Assembly: GCA_963809425.1 (NCBI GenBank)
Contig: CAWEJK010000002.1
Location: 193,254 to 257,253, forward strand
Source: Thermoanaerobaculia bacterium
GTDB taxonomy: Bacteria; Acidobacteriota; Thermoanaerobaculia; UBA5066
DNA length: 64,000 nt
Reading direction: 5' to 3'
Made by a program: the position numbers and the translations under genes. A model generated the notes under the pieces. The model had not been told where the DNA came from. It saw only the letters and a list, made by a program, of their open reading frames with translations, and did not search any database. This document shows, one piece after another, positions 9,493 through 19,275 of the stretch. Position 1 is the first letter of the stretch. Each line of letters starts with the position of its first letter.

Positions 9493-12400
9493 ATGTCCGG
9501 CGACTTCGTTCACCTTCACCTCCACACGCAGTACTCCCTCCTCGACGGCGCGAACCGGCTCAAGGACCTGATCAGGCAGGTCAAGTCGTCGGGCATGGAC
9601 GCCGTCGCGGTGACGGACCACGGAAACATGTTCGGGGCGTACGAGCTCCAGACGTCCGCGCTCGAGGCGGGGATCAAGCCGATCCTCGGCGTCGAGGCGT
9701 ACGTCGCGCCGGGCTCGCGCTTCGACCGCGAGAGCGTGAAGACGCTCGACGGCGAAGGGAGCAACTATCACCTGACGCTTCTCGTCGAGACTCCCGACGG
9801 CTACCGGAATCTCGCGCGGCTCGTGTCGGAGGCGTTCCTGTCCGGCTTCTACTACAAGCCCCGGATGGACTGGGAGCTCCTCGAGAAATACCACGAGGGA
9901 ATCATCGCGCTGTCCGGGTGCCTGAACTCGGAGGTCTCGAAGCGGCTCCGGATCGGCGACTACGAAGGAGCGAAGAAGACGGCTCTCAGGTACCGCGACC
10001 TCTTCGGGAAGGACCGCTACTTCATCGAGATCATGGATCACGGTCTTCCCGAGCAGAGGCAGATCCTGCCGGACCTCCTGAAGCTTTCGTCGGAAACCGG
10101 CATTCCGCCGGTCGCGACGAACGATTCGCACTACCTGACCCGCGACGACGCGGCGGCGCAGGACGTCCTCCTCTGCATCGGGATGGGGAAGACGCTCAAC
10201 GACACGAAGCGGATGCGGTTCTACAACTCGGAGTTCTACGTCAAGAGCGCCGAGGAGATGCGCGACGTGTTCCGCCCGTACACGCTCGAGGCGGTGCGGA
10301 ACACGGCCGCGATCGCCGAGCGTGTCACGCCGAGCGTCATCGTGGATACGGGCCTGAAGATCCCCGCGTTCCCGGTCCCGGGAGGGGAGCAGACGCCCGA
10401 GGCGTATCTCGAGGATCTCGCGAAGGAGGGTCTCGAGCGCCGCCTCGAGCCGCAGCGCGCGGCGTTCGCGGACGGCACGGCGAAGAAGACGCGGGCGGAG
10501 TACGACGAACGCCTCACCTGGGAGCTGTCCGTCATCCGGAAGATGGGCCTCTCGAGCTACTTCCTCATCGTCTGGGACTTCATCAAGTACGCGAAGGACC
10601 AGGGGATTCCCGTGGGTCCGGGGCGGGGGAGCGCCGCCGGCTCGCTGGCTGCGTACGCGCTCAGGATCACGGACGTCGACCCGCTCACGTACGACCTGCT
10701 CTTCGAACGCTTCCTGAACCCGGACCGCATCTCGATGCCCGACATCGACGTCGACCTGTGCGAGCGCCGCCGCGGCGAGGTCATCGAGTACGTGCGCACG
10801 AAATACGGGCGCGAGAACGTCGGCCAGATCATCACGTTCAACTCCATGAAGGCGCGGGCCGTGATCCGCGACGTGGGCCGCGTTCTCGACGTGCCGCTCG
10901 CCGAGATAAACCGACTCTGCGCGCTCATCCCCGCGAATCCCGGAAAGCCGACGATGCTCGCCGAAGCGCGGCGGGACGTGCGGGAGCTGGCGGACGCGCT
11001 CCGGGACAACGAGACCTACCGGCGCCTCTTCGACCTCGGCGAGCGCCTCGAGGGCGTGTCACGGCACGCGGGCGTCCACGCGGCCGGCGTCCTCATCGCC
11101 CCGAAGCCTCTGGTCGAGTACCTGCCGCTCTACCGCAACAGCAACGACGAGATCACGACGCAGTTCGAGATGAAGTCGGTCGACCGGATGGGCCTCCTGA
11201 AGATGGACTTCCTCGGGCTCATCACGCTGACGATCCTCGACGACGCGCTGCGTTTCGTGGAGAAGAAGGACGGCAAGCGCCCGGACGTCGACGCGATTCC
11301 GCTCGACGATCCCGAGGTCTACAGGCTCTTCGCGGACGGGCGGACAGACGGGATCTTCCAGTTCGAGTCCTCGGGGATGCGCGACCTCCTCCGCCGCGTG
11401 AAGCCCGAGGTCTTCGACGACCTCGCGGCGCTCAACGCGCTCTATCGCCCGGGGGCGCTGGACGCGGGGACGGTCGAGGTATACATCCAGCGGCGCCGGG
11501 GAACGAAGTTCGAGTACCCGCTGCCGCAGCTCGAGCCGATCCTCCGCGAGACGCACGGCGTCCTCGTCTACCAGGAGCAGGTCATGCTCGCGGCGCGGGT
11601 CGTGGCGGGCTACACGCCGGGCGAGGCGGACAAGCTCCGGAAGGCGATCGGCAAGAAGGACGAGGCGCTGCTCAAGGCCGAGGGCGACAAGTTCATCAAG
11701 AAGTCCGTCGCGAACGGGACTTCGAAAAAGAAGGCAGAAGAGCTGTGGGCCCTCATCCTGCCGTTCGGCCGGTACGGCTTCAACAAGTCGCATTCGGTCG
11801 TGTACGCCCTCCTCGCGTACCGCACGGCGTGGATGAAGGTGCACTACCCCGTGGAGTTCCTCGCGGCCACGCTGACGGCGAGCTCGGGGAGCTCGGACGA
11901 CGTCGTGAAGTACGTGAACACGTGCCGGGAGATGAAGATCCCCGTGCTGCCTCCCGACGTGAACGCCTCGGATCTCTCGTTCGCGCCGGACGGCCCGGCC
12001 ATCCGCTTCGGGCTCGGGGCCGTGAAGGGGGTCGGGGAAGGCGCCGTCGCGTCGGTACTCGCGGCGCGCGCCGGCGACGGGCCGTTCAAGTCCCTCACGG
12101 ACTTCTGCTCGCGCGTCGACCTTCGTCTGAACAACAAGAGGGTCATCGAGGCGCTCATCAAGTCCGGCTGCTTCGACTCGCTCGGGAAAAGTCGCGCGGC
12201 GTTCCTCGACGGGCTCGACCATGCCGTCGACGTCGCCGCGGCGGCCCGCGAGGCCGCGGCGTCGAGCCAGAGCCTGCTCTTCGACGTTCCCGAGGAGACG
12301 CAGGTCGAAGACGACTTTCCCGACAAGCCGGAGTGGAGCGTCGACGAAAAGATCCGCTACGAGAAGGAGACGCTCGGCTTCTACATCACGGGTCATCCGC

Positions 12401-13038
12401 TCGCGCGCTTCGAGGACGAGATCCGGATGTTCGGCGACGTGACGTGCGAGACGCTGCGCGATCGTCTCGACGCGCCGGTGAAGCTCGTGGGCCTCGTCGG
12501 CGCGATCAAGAAGAACCAGATCAAGAAGGGGCAGAACGAAGGAAAGATGATGGCGAAGGCGGTCGTCGAGGATCTGACCGGCTCCGTCCCCGTCACGGTC
12601 TTCGCGAGCCTTCTCGAGCGCGTGGGCTCGTGGCTCGCGCCGGGGAGGGCCGTCCTCGTGACGGGAACCGTTCGCCTGTCCATGTCGCCGGGCGGCGGGA
12701 CGCACGATGCCTCCGAGGGCGAAACGGCCGGCGTTCCGATCGAGGTCATCGCACGCGAGATCCAGCCGCTCGAGGGTATGCGCGAGCAGGCCGCCCGGGA
12801 GGTGCTGATCTCTCCCTCGAACTTCGACACCTTCGACGAATCTGCGATGGGGGAGATTCTGAGAAGGTACCCCGGCTCGATGCCCGTCTTCCTCGAGATG
12901 AGACGCTCGGGCCAATTCGAGGCGCCCCTGAAGCTCTCTCCGAGGTTCTGGGTCCGGCCGACACCCGATTTCACGGCGGATCTCGAGAAATTGCTCGGGC
13001 CGAAATCCGTCCGCTACTCCTACCCGACGTCTCCGTGA
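9493..13038 (+). CDS. dnaE: DNA polymerase III alpha subunit
   Basis: 1181 aa. PHP domain (FVHLHLHTQYSLLDGA), GPGRGSAAGSLAAYALRITDVDP, and OB-fold C-terminus. Confidence 0.97.
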   Translation: MSGDFVHLHLHTQYSLLDGANRLKDLIRQVKSSGMDAVAVTDHGNMFGAYELQTSALEAGIKPILGVEAYVAPGSRFDRESVKTLDGEGSNYHLTLLVETPDGYRNLARLVSEAFLSGFYYKPRMDWELLEKYHEGIIALSGCLNSEVSKRLRIGDYEGAKKTALRYRDLFGKDRYFIEIMDHGLPEQRQILPDLLKLSSETGIPPVATNDSHYLTRDDAAAQDVLLCIGMGKTLNDTKRMRFYNSEFYVKSAEEMRDVFRPYTLEAVRNTAAIAERVTPSVIVDTGLKIPAFPVPGGEQTPEAYLEDLAKEGLERRLEPQRAAFADGTAKKTRAEYDERLTWELSVIRKMGLSSYFLIVWDFIKYAKDQGIPVGPGRGSAAGSLAAYALRITDVDPLTYDLLFERFLNPDRISMPDIDVDLCERRRGEVIEYVRTKYGRENVGQIITFNSMKARAVIRDVGRVLDVPLAEINRLCALIPANPGKPTMLAEARRDVRELADALRDNETYRRLFDLGERLEGVSRHAGVHAAGVLIAPKPLVEYLPLYRNSNDEITTQFEMKSVDRMGLLKMDFLGLITLTILDDALRFVEKKDGKRPDVDAIPLDDPEVYRLFADGRTDGIFQFESSGMRDLLRRVKPEVFDDLAALNALYRPGALDAGTVEVYIQRRRGTKFEYPLPQLEPILRETHGVLVYQEQVMLAARVVAGYTPGEADKLRKAIGKKDEALLKAEGDKFIKKSVANGTSKKKAEELWALILPFGRYGFNKSHSVVYALLAYRTAWMKVHYPVEFLAATLTASSGSSDDVVKYVNTCREMKIPVLPPDVNASDLSFAPDGPAIRFGLGAVKGVGEGAVASVLAARAGDGPFKSLTDFCSRVDLRLNNKRVIEALIKSGCFDSLGKSRAAFLDGLDHAVDVAAAAREAAASSQSLLFDVPEETQVEDDFPDKPEWSVDEKIRYEKETLGFYITGHPLARFEDEIRMFGDVTCETLRDRLDAPVKLVGLVGAIKKNQIKKGQNEGKMMAKAVVEDLTGSVPVTVFASLLERVGSWLAPGRAVLVTGTVRLSMSPGGGTHDASEGETAGVPIEVIAREIQPLEGMREQAAREVLISPSNFDTFDESAMGEILRRYPGSMPVFLEMRRSGQFEAPLKLSPRFWVRPTPDFTADLEKLLGPKSVRYSYPTSP

Positions 13039-14006
13039 GCGAGAGCGGCGCGTCCGCGTCCGGGTTCGATGCCGAAGACGTCGGCGTCCAGCTCGCGCGC
13101 GCCGGCGAGGTCGCCGACAGGCGCGAGGTCGGCCTCTGGCTCGTCGGAGGCGCCCTGCGCGACCTCCTCCTCGGGCGGCCGCTGCGTGACGTGGATCTGG
13201 CCGTCGAGGCGGCAGCGGCGAACGCGCTGGAGCTCGCGGCACGCCTCGGCGCCCTGCCCGGATGGGCGCTCGAAAAGACGCACGTTCGTTTCGGAACCGC
13301 GACCCTCCGGGCGCCGGGCGGACTTCGCGTGGACGTCGCGTCGACCAGGCGGGAGGAATATCCGGCGGCGGCCAGCTTGCCGGTCGTGACCGGCACGACG
13401 ACGATCGAGGAGGATCTCGGCCGCCGGGACTTCACGATTCATGCGATGGCGCGGCGGGTCGCACGCCGGGGCCTCGTCGGGCGCGTGCTCGATCCCTTCG
13501 GAGGACGCGAGGACCTCGCGGCGAAGAAGCTCCGCCTCCTCCATGCGAAATCCCTCGTCGACGACCCGACGCGCGCGTACCGCGCGGTGACGTACGCGGC
13601 ACGGCTCGGGTTCGCGTGGGACGAGGAGTTCCACAAAGCTCTGAAGGCGGCTCGGCGCGCACGAGCATTTCAGGCGCTTTCGGGGGACCGAATGAGGAGG
13701 GGAATAGAAGAGATTTTCTTAGAAAGTGAATGGGAGCGGGCGGTCCGCCTCGCGAGTGACCTCTCGTTGTTTGGCGACACCCTTCCGGGCTGGACGGGCC
13801 CCCTCTTACCTTCTAAGAAAATTCCGGCTGAGTTGATGGCTTCGGCACTCGTCGACGCATCACGTACCGTGGATGTGCGGCTGAAACCGGAAGAAATCTG
13901 GCGTCGGCTGCTCGAGCCGCTGCCGCCGCCCGAGCGCGCCGCCGTCGCGTCACGATTGAACTTCCCGAAGGCCCTGAGGCGTGCCGCGGAGGTGGAACCT
14001 CGATGA
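13035..14006 (+). CDS. tRNA nucleotidyltransferase / poly(A) polymerase family protein (CCA-adding-enzyme-like)
   Basis: GTG 13035 overlaps the dnaE stop. Contains LVGGALRDLLLGRPLRDVDLAV and RRDFTIHAM head-domain motifs. Carries an in-frame copy of the repeat element. Confidence 0.8.
   Translation: MSESGASASGFDAEDVGVQLARAGEVADRREVGLWLVGGALRDLLLGRPLRDVDLAVEAAAANALELAARLGALPGWALEKTHVRFGTATLRAPGGLRVDVASTRREEYPAAASLPVVTGTTTIEEDLGRRDFTIHAMARRVARRGLVGRVLDPFGGREDLAAKKLRLLHAKSLVDDPTRAYRAVTYAARLGFAWDEEFHKALKAARRARAFQALSGDRMRRGIEEIFLESEWERAVRLASDLSLFGDTLPGWTGPLLPSKKIPAELMASALVDASRTVDVRLKPEEIWRRLLEPLPPPERAAVASRLNFPKALRRAAEVEPR
13712..13824. repeat. Low-GC inverted-repeat element copy, in frame inside the CCA-like CDS
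   Basis: F arm GATTTTCTTAGAAAGTGAATGGG (13712-13734) and R arm CCCTCTTACCTTCTAAGAAAATTC (13801-13824). Near-identical to the arms at 16579 and 19220. Confidence 0.75.
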
Positions 14007-14758
14007 CGGCAAGCGCGCTCCTCCGCGTCCTTCTCGCGGCGGCGCCCGTCGCGACGCCCGTCGTGACGCCGATCCCGGCGGCCACGCCGCTTCCGACACC
14101 GACGCCCGAGAAGCGTGATCCGCACCTCGTCGCCGCTCTCGAGTCGAGGCAGGGGCTCGGCATGGAGCGCGTGGCCCTCTTCGACGACGGAACCCTCGTC
14201 CGCGTTCGCGGATTCCGGGGCGAGCGGATCGTCGACCGCAAGGCGCTCGCGCCCGAGGAGGTGGCGGTCGTACGCGGAATCTGCCTCGAGGCGCTCGCGG
14301 TGCGGGCGAAAGACGTCGACGACCCCGGCCGATCGGTCCTCGGTGACGCCGGCGGCCGGCGGATCACGCTCGAAATCGTCGATCCGGCAGGGGGATCCCG
14401 CCTGTACGCGTACGACGATCTCGCGGCGCTTCCTCTGGCCCTGGGGAGAGCGCGGGGGGCGCTGGAGGACCTGCGAGGCCGATTCGAGAAGCAGGATCTC
14501 GCCGAGACGAAGTGGGACACGGGGAATCTCAAGCCCGGGACGTTCCTGCGCCGGCGGTCCGACGGGGTGTGGTACCGCGTCGTTCACGACGACGCCCTTG
14601 ATCACGATTTCGAGCTCGAGGAGCTCGCCTCGGAAGGGGAGCAGGGAAGCAACAAAATGAGGATCTTCGTGTACCGCGGCGACCTGCCGCGACTCTTCGA
14701 GGATCCCTCCGTGGCCGGGTCGCGGCCACCGGAGTCGTCGCCGGCGAAGAGGCGCTGA
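14003..14758 (+). CDS. Hypothetical exported protein
   Basis: 251 aa. ATGA overlap with the upstream stop. Hydrophobic N-terminus followed by a Pro/Thr-rich linker. No family recognised. Confidence 0.55.
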   Translation: MTASALLRVLLAAAPVATPVVTPIPAATPLPTPTPEKRDPHLVAALESRQGLGMERVALFDDGTLVRVRGFRGERIVDRKALAPEEVAVVRGICLEALAVRAKDVDDPGRSVLGDAGGRRITLEIVDPAGGSRLYAYDDLAALPLALGRARGALEDLRGRFEKQDLAETKWDTGNLKPGTFLRRRSDGVWYRVVHDDALDHDFELEELASEGEQGSNKMRIFVYRGDLPRLFEDPSVAGSRPPESSPAKRR

Positions 14759-14760
14759 AC

Positions 14761-15330
14761 GTGTTGCGCGTCACGGGCGGCGCGTGGCGCGGACGGAAGC
14801 TCGAGGTTCCCGAGGGCATCCGCCCGACGACCGAGCTCGCACGCAAGGCGGCGTTCGACATTCTCGGACCGGCGATCAGGGGCGCGCGCGTGCTCGACGC
14901 GTGCGCGGGCTCGGGAGCGTACGGTCTCGAAGCGCTCTCGCGAGGCGCGGCGCACGCAACATTCGTCGAGTCTGACCGGCAGGTTGTGAGAATCTTGAGG
15001 GGGAATGTGGAACGTCTCGGTGCGGGGGAGCGGGCTCTCGTCGAAGAGACGTTCGTGGCCCGTTTTTCTTCGATGGGTGAAGAGAGCGGGAGGCCCGCGC
15101 CGGCGTCGAGGCGTCCCTCGTTCGACGTGGTGTTCCACGATCCCCCTTTCAAGGAAATCTCCGAACCCGACCTTCAGCTTCTCTTGCCTCTCGTGCGAGC
15201 CGGGGGCTGGTTGATCCACGAGCGAGGAGACGACGAGGTCCATCGGCCGATGGGGCTGGCGCCCGCCGACCGCCGCCGCTACGGCAGGACCCGCTTCCTC
15301 ATCTTCCGCCCCGGATTTTCCGCCCCGTGA
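14761..15330 (+). CDS. rsmD: 16S rRNA (guanine966-N2)-methyltransferase
   Basis: [51 protein letters not shown] and [10 protein letters not shown] motifs. Confidence 0.88.
   Translation: MLRVTGGAWRGRKLEVPEGIRPTTELARKAAFDILGPAIRGARVLDACAGSGAYGLEALSRGAAHATFVESDRQVVRILRGNVERLGAGERALVEETFVARFSSMGEESGRPAPASRRPSFDVVFHDPPFKEISEPDLQLLLPLVRAGGWLIHERGDDEVHRPMGLAPADRRRYGRTRFLIFRPGFSAP
15062..15162. repeat. Element-like arm pair inside rsmD
   Basis: F arm GTTTTTCTTCGATGGGTGAAGAGAGCGGG (compare 44861 ATTTTCTTCGAATGGTGAAGAGAGATCGGG). R arm CCCCCTTTCAAGGAAATCTCC (compare 16664). Confidence 0.5.
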
Positions 15331-15331
15331 C

Positions 15332-15359
15332 GCGCGGAGCGTCCTGTTAAACTCCGCGC
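15332..15359 (+). terminator. GC-rich hairpin just after the rsmD stop (possible terminator or metK leader structure)
   Basis: GCGCGGAG-N12-CTCCGCGC. No U-tract follows. Confidence 0.25.
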
Positions 15360-15391
15360 TTCGCCGCATAGCGGCTTTGGAGCATAGAAAC

Positions 15392-16558
15392 ATGGGCAAG
15401 TACCGCAGTCTCTTCACGTCCGAATCCGTCACCGAGGGCCATCCGGACAAGATCGCCGACCAGATCTCGGACGCGATCCTCGACGCGATCCTGAAAGACG
15501 ATCCGATGGGGCGTGTCGCGTGCGAGACGCTCGTCACGACGGGGCTCGCGCTCATCGCGGGCGAGATCACGACGAAGACGTACGTGGACATCCCGGGCAT
15601 CGTGCGGGAGACGATCAAGGACGTCGGGTATACGCGCGCGAAGTACGGCTTCGACTACGAGACGTGCGCCGTCATCTCGACGATCGACAAGCAGTCGCCG
15701 GACATCGCGCTGGGCGTCGATACGGGAGGGGCGGGCGACCAGGGCCTCATGTTCGGGCTCGCCGTGCGGGAGACCGAGGAGCTCATGCCGCTTCCGATCA
15801 CGCTCGCGCACAAGCTGACGATGCGCCTCGCCGAGGCCCGAAAGTCGAAGTCGCTCGAGTGGCTGCGTCCCGACGGCAAGAGCCAGGTCACGGTCGAATA
15901 CGAGGGCGACCGCCCGGTGCGTGTCGAAGCCGTCGTGATCTCGACGCAGCACGCGGAGTCGGTCCCGACCCCCGAGCTGCGTGAGGCGATCCGCGAGGAA
16001 ATCATCCGCCCGGTGGTTCCGGCGGCCCTCCTCGACGACAGGACGAAGTTCCACATCAACCCGACCGGCCGTTTCGTCACGGGCGGTCCCCAGGGCGACA
16101 CGGGTCTCACGGGCCGGAAGATCATCGTCGACACGTACGGCGGCTACGGGCGGCACGGCGGCGGCGCCTTCTCGGGCAAGGACGCGACGAAAGTGGACCG
16201 GTCGGCTTCGTACATGGCGCGTTACATCGCGAAGAACATCGTGGCCGCCGGCCTCGCCGACAAAGTCGAGGTCCAGCTCGCCTACGCGATCGGGGTAGCG
16301 GACCCCGTGTCCGTGTACGTGGACGCCTTCGGAACGTCGAAAGTCGACGTCGAGACGCTTTCGAAGCTCGTCCGCGAGCACTTCGCGCTCACGCCGCGGG
16401 GGATCATCGAGGCTCTCGACCTGAGGCGACCGATCTTCCGCAAGACGGCGGCCTACGGACACTTCGGACGCAACCTCCCCGAGTTCACGTGGGAGCGCAC
16501 CGACAAGGCCCCGGCGCTCGCGGCGGCGTTCGGGGCGACGGTGCCCGCGACCGCCTGA
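15392..16558 (+). CDS. metK: S-adenosylmethionine synthase
   Basis: [34 protein letters not shown] and GGGAFSGKD motifs. ATG 15392 has GGAG 10 nt upstream; the listed TTG 15377 is less likely. Confidence 0.96.
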   Translation: MGKYRSLFTSESVTEGHPDKIADQISDAILDAILKDDPMGRVACETLVTTGLALIAGEITTKTYVDIPGIVRETIKDVGYTRAKYGFDYETCAVISTIDKQSPDIALGVDTGGAGDQGLMFGLAVRETEELMPLPITLAHKLTMRLAEARKSKSLEWLRPDGKSQVTVEYEGDRPVRVEAVVISTQHAESVPTPELREAIREEIIRPVVPAALLDDRTKFHINPTGRFVTGGPQGDTGLTGRKIIVDTYGGYGRHGGGAFSGKDATKVDRSASYMARYIAKNIVAAGLADKVEVQLAYAIGVADPVSVYVDAFGTSKVDVETLSKLVREHFALTPRGIIEALDLRRPIFRKTAAYGHFGRNLPEFTWERTDKAPALAAAFGATVPATA

Positions 16559-16750
16559 AGAAAAAGGATTCGGATTAGGATTTCTTAGAAGGTGAATAGG
16601 GCTGGGGTCACGCCTCCGCCCGAAGCACCGCCGGCCCGGAGTGCGACGGCGCCTTGGATCTTTACCCTTTCTAAGAAATCTCCTTTCCCTCTTCCTCTTC
16701 CTCTTCCTTTCCTCTTTCTCTTCTTCCTCTTCTCTGTCTTCTGTTTTCCA
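16559..16750. repeat. Low-GC inverted-repeat element, canonical intergenic copy plus a 70-nt CT tract
   Basis: F arm GATTTCTTAGAAGGTGAATAGGG (16579-16601). GC-rich core. R arm CCCTTTCTAAGAAATC (16665-16680). Polypyrimidine run at 16681-16750. Confidence 0.85.
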
Positions 16751-16773
16751 TCTATCAATTCTGCGCGCAGTTA

Positions 16774-16801
16774 ATATCACTCTTACGTGATGTCATGATA
16801 T
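16774..16801. promoter_or_regulatory. Candidate operator for the ArsR-type regulator: ATATCAC-N6-GTGATGT and ATATCA...TGATAT inverted repeats
   Basis: ttaATATCACtcttacGTGATgtcaTGATATaaa sits directly upstream of the regulator start (GTG 16811). TATAAA lies 6 nt before the start codon. Confidence 0.4.
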
Positions 16802-16803
16802 AA

Positions 16804-19116
<2,313 letters not shown>

Positions 19117-19266
19117 GAGAACTACCGAGAGGAAGAGAAGAGGAAGATCTTCTTAGAAGGTAATAGGTCCGGGGAGCGCGGCCGTCGCATCGAGGCGCGG
19201 CCGCGACGCCTTGAACGGGCACCTTCTAAGAAATCTTTCTTCTCTTTTCTTTCTAAAGAAATCCCG
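19117..19266. repeat. Low-GC inverted-repeat element, canonical copy between convergent ahcY and lptFG
   Basis: GA-rich tract plus F arm GATCTTCTTAGAAGGTAATAGG (19146-19167). GC core. R arm CACCTTCTAAGAAATC (19220-19235) plus CT-rich tract. Extra half arm TTTCTAAAGAAATCC. Confidence 0.85.
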
Positions 19267-19275
19267 GTCCCTCTC

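Noticed and set aside
12826-12995. Possible degenerate element in the dnaE C-terminus (GAGATTCTGAGAAGGTACCCC ... GATCTCGAGAAATTGC)
   Set aside because: Both arms have several mismatches and the spacing is atypical. I cannot distinguish this from chance plus rare-codon usage without a genome-wide model.
16592-16774. 60-aa ORF starting at the GTG inside the F arm and running through the CT tract (…PFPLPLPLPFLFLFFLFSVF…)
   Set aside because: It is a translation of the repeat core and polypyrimidine tract. Other element copies do not preserve an equivalent ORF, frame or start.
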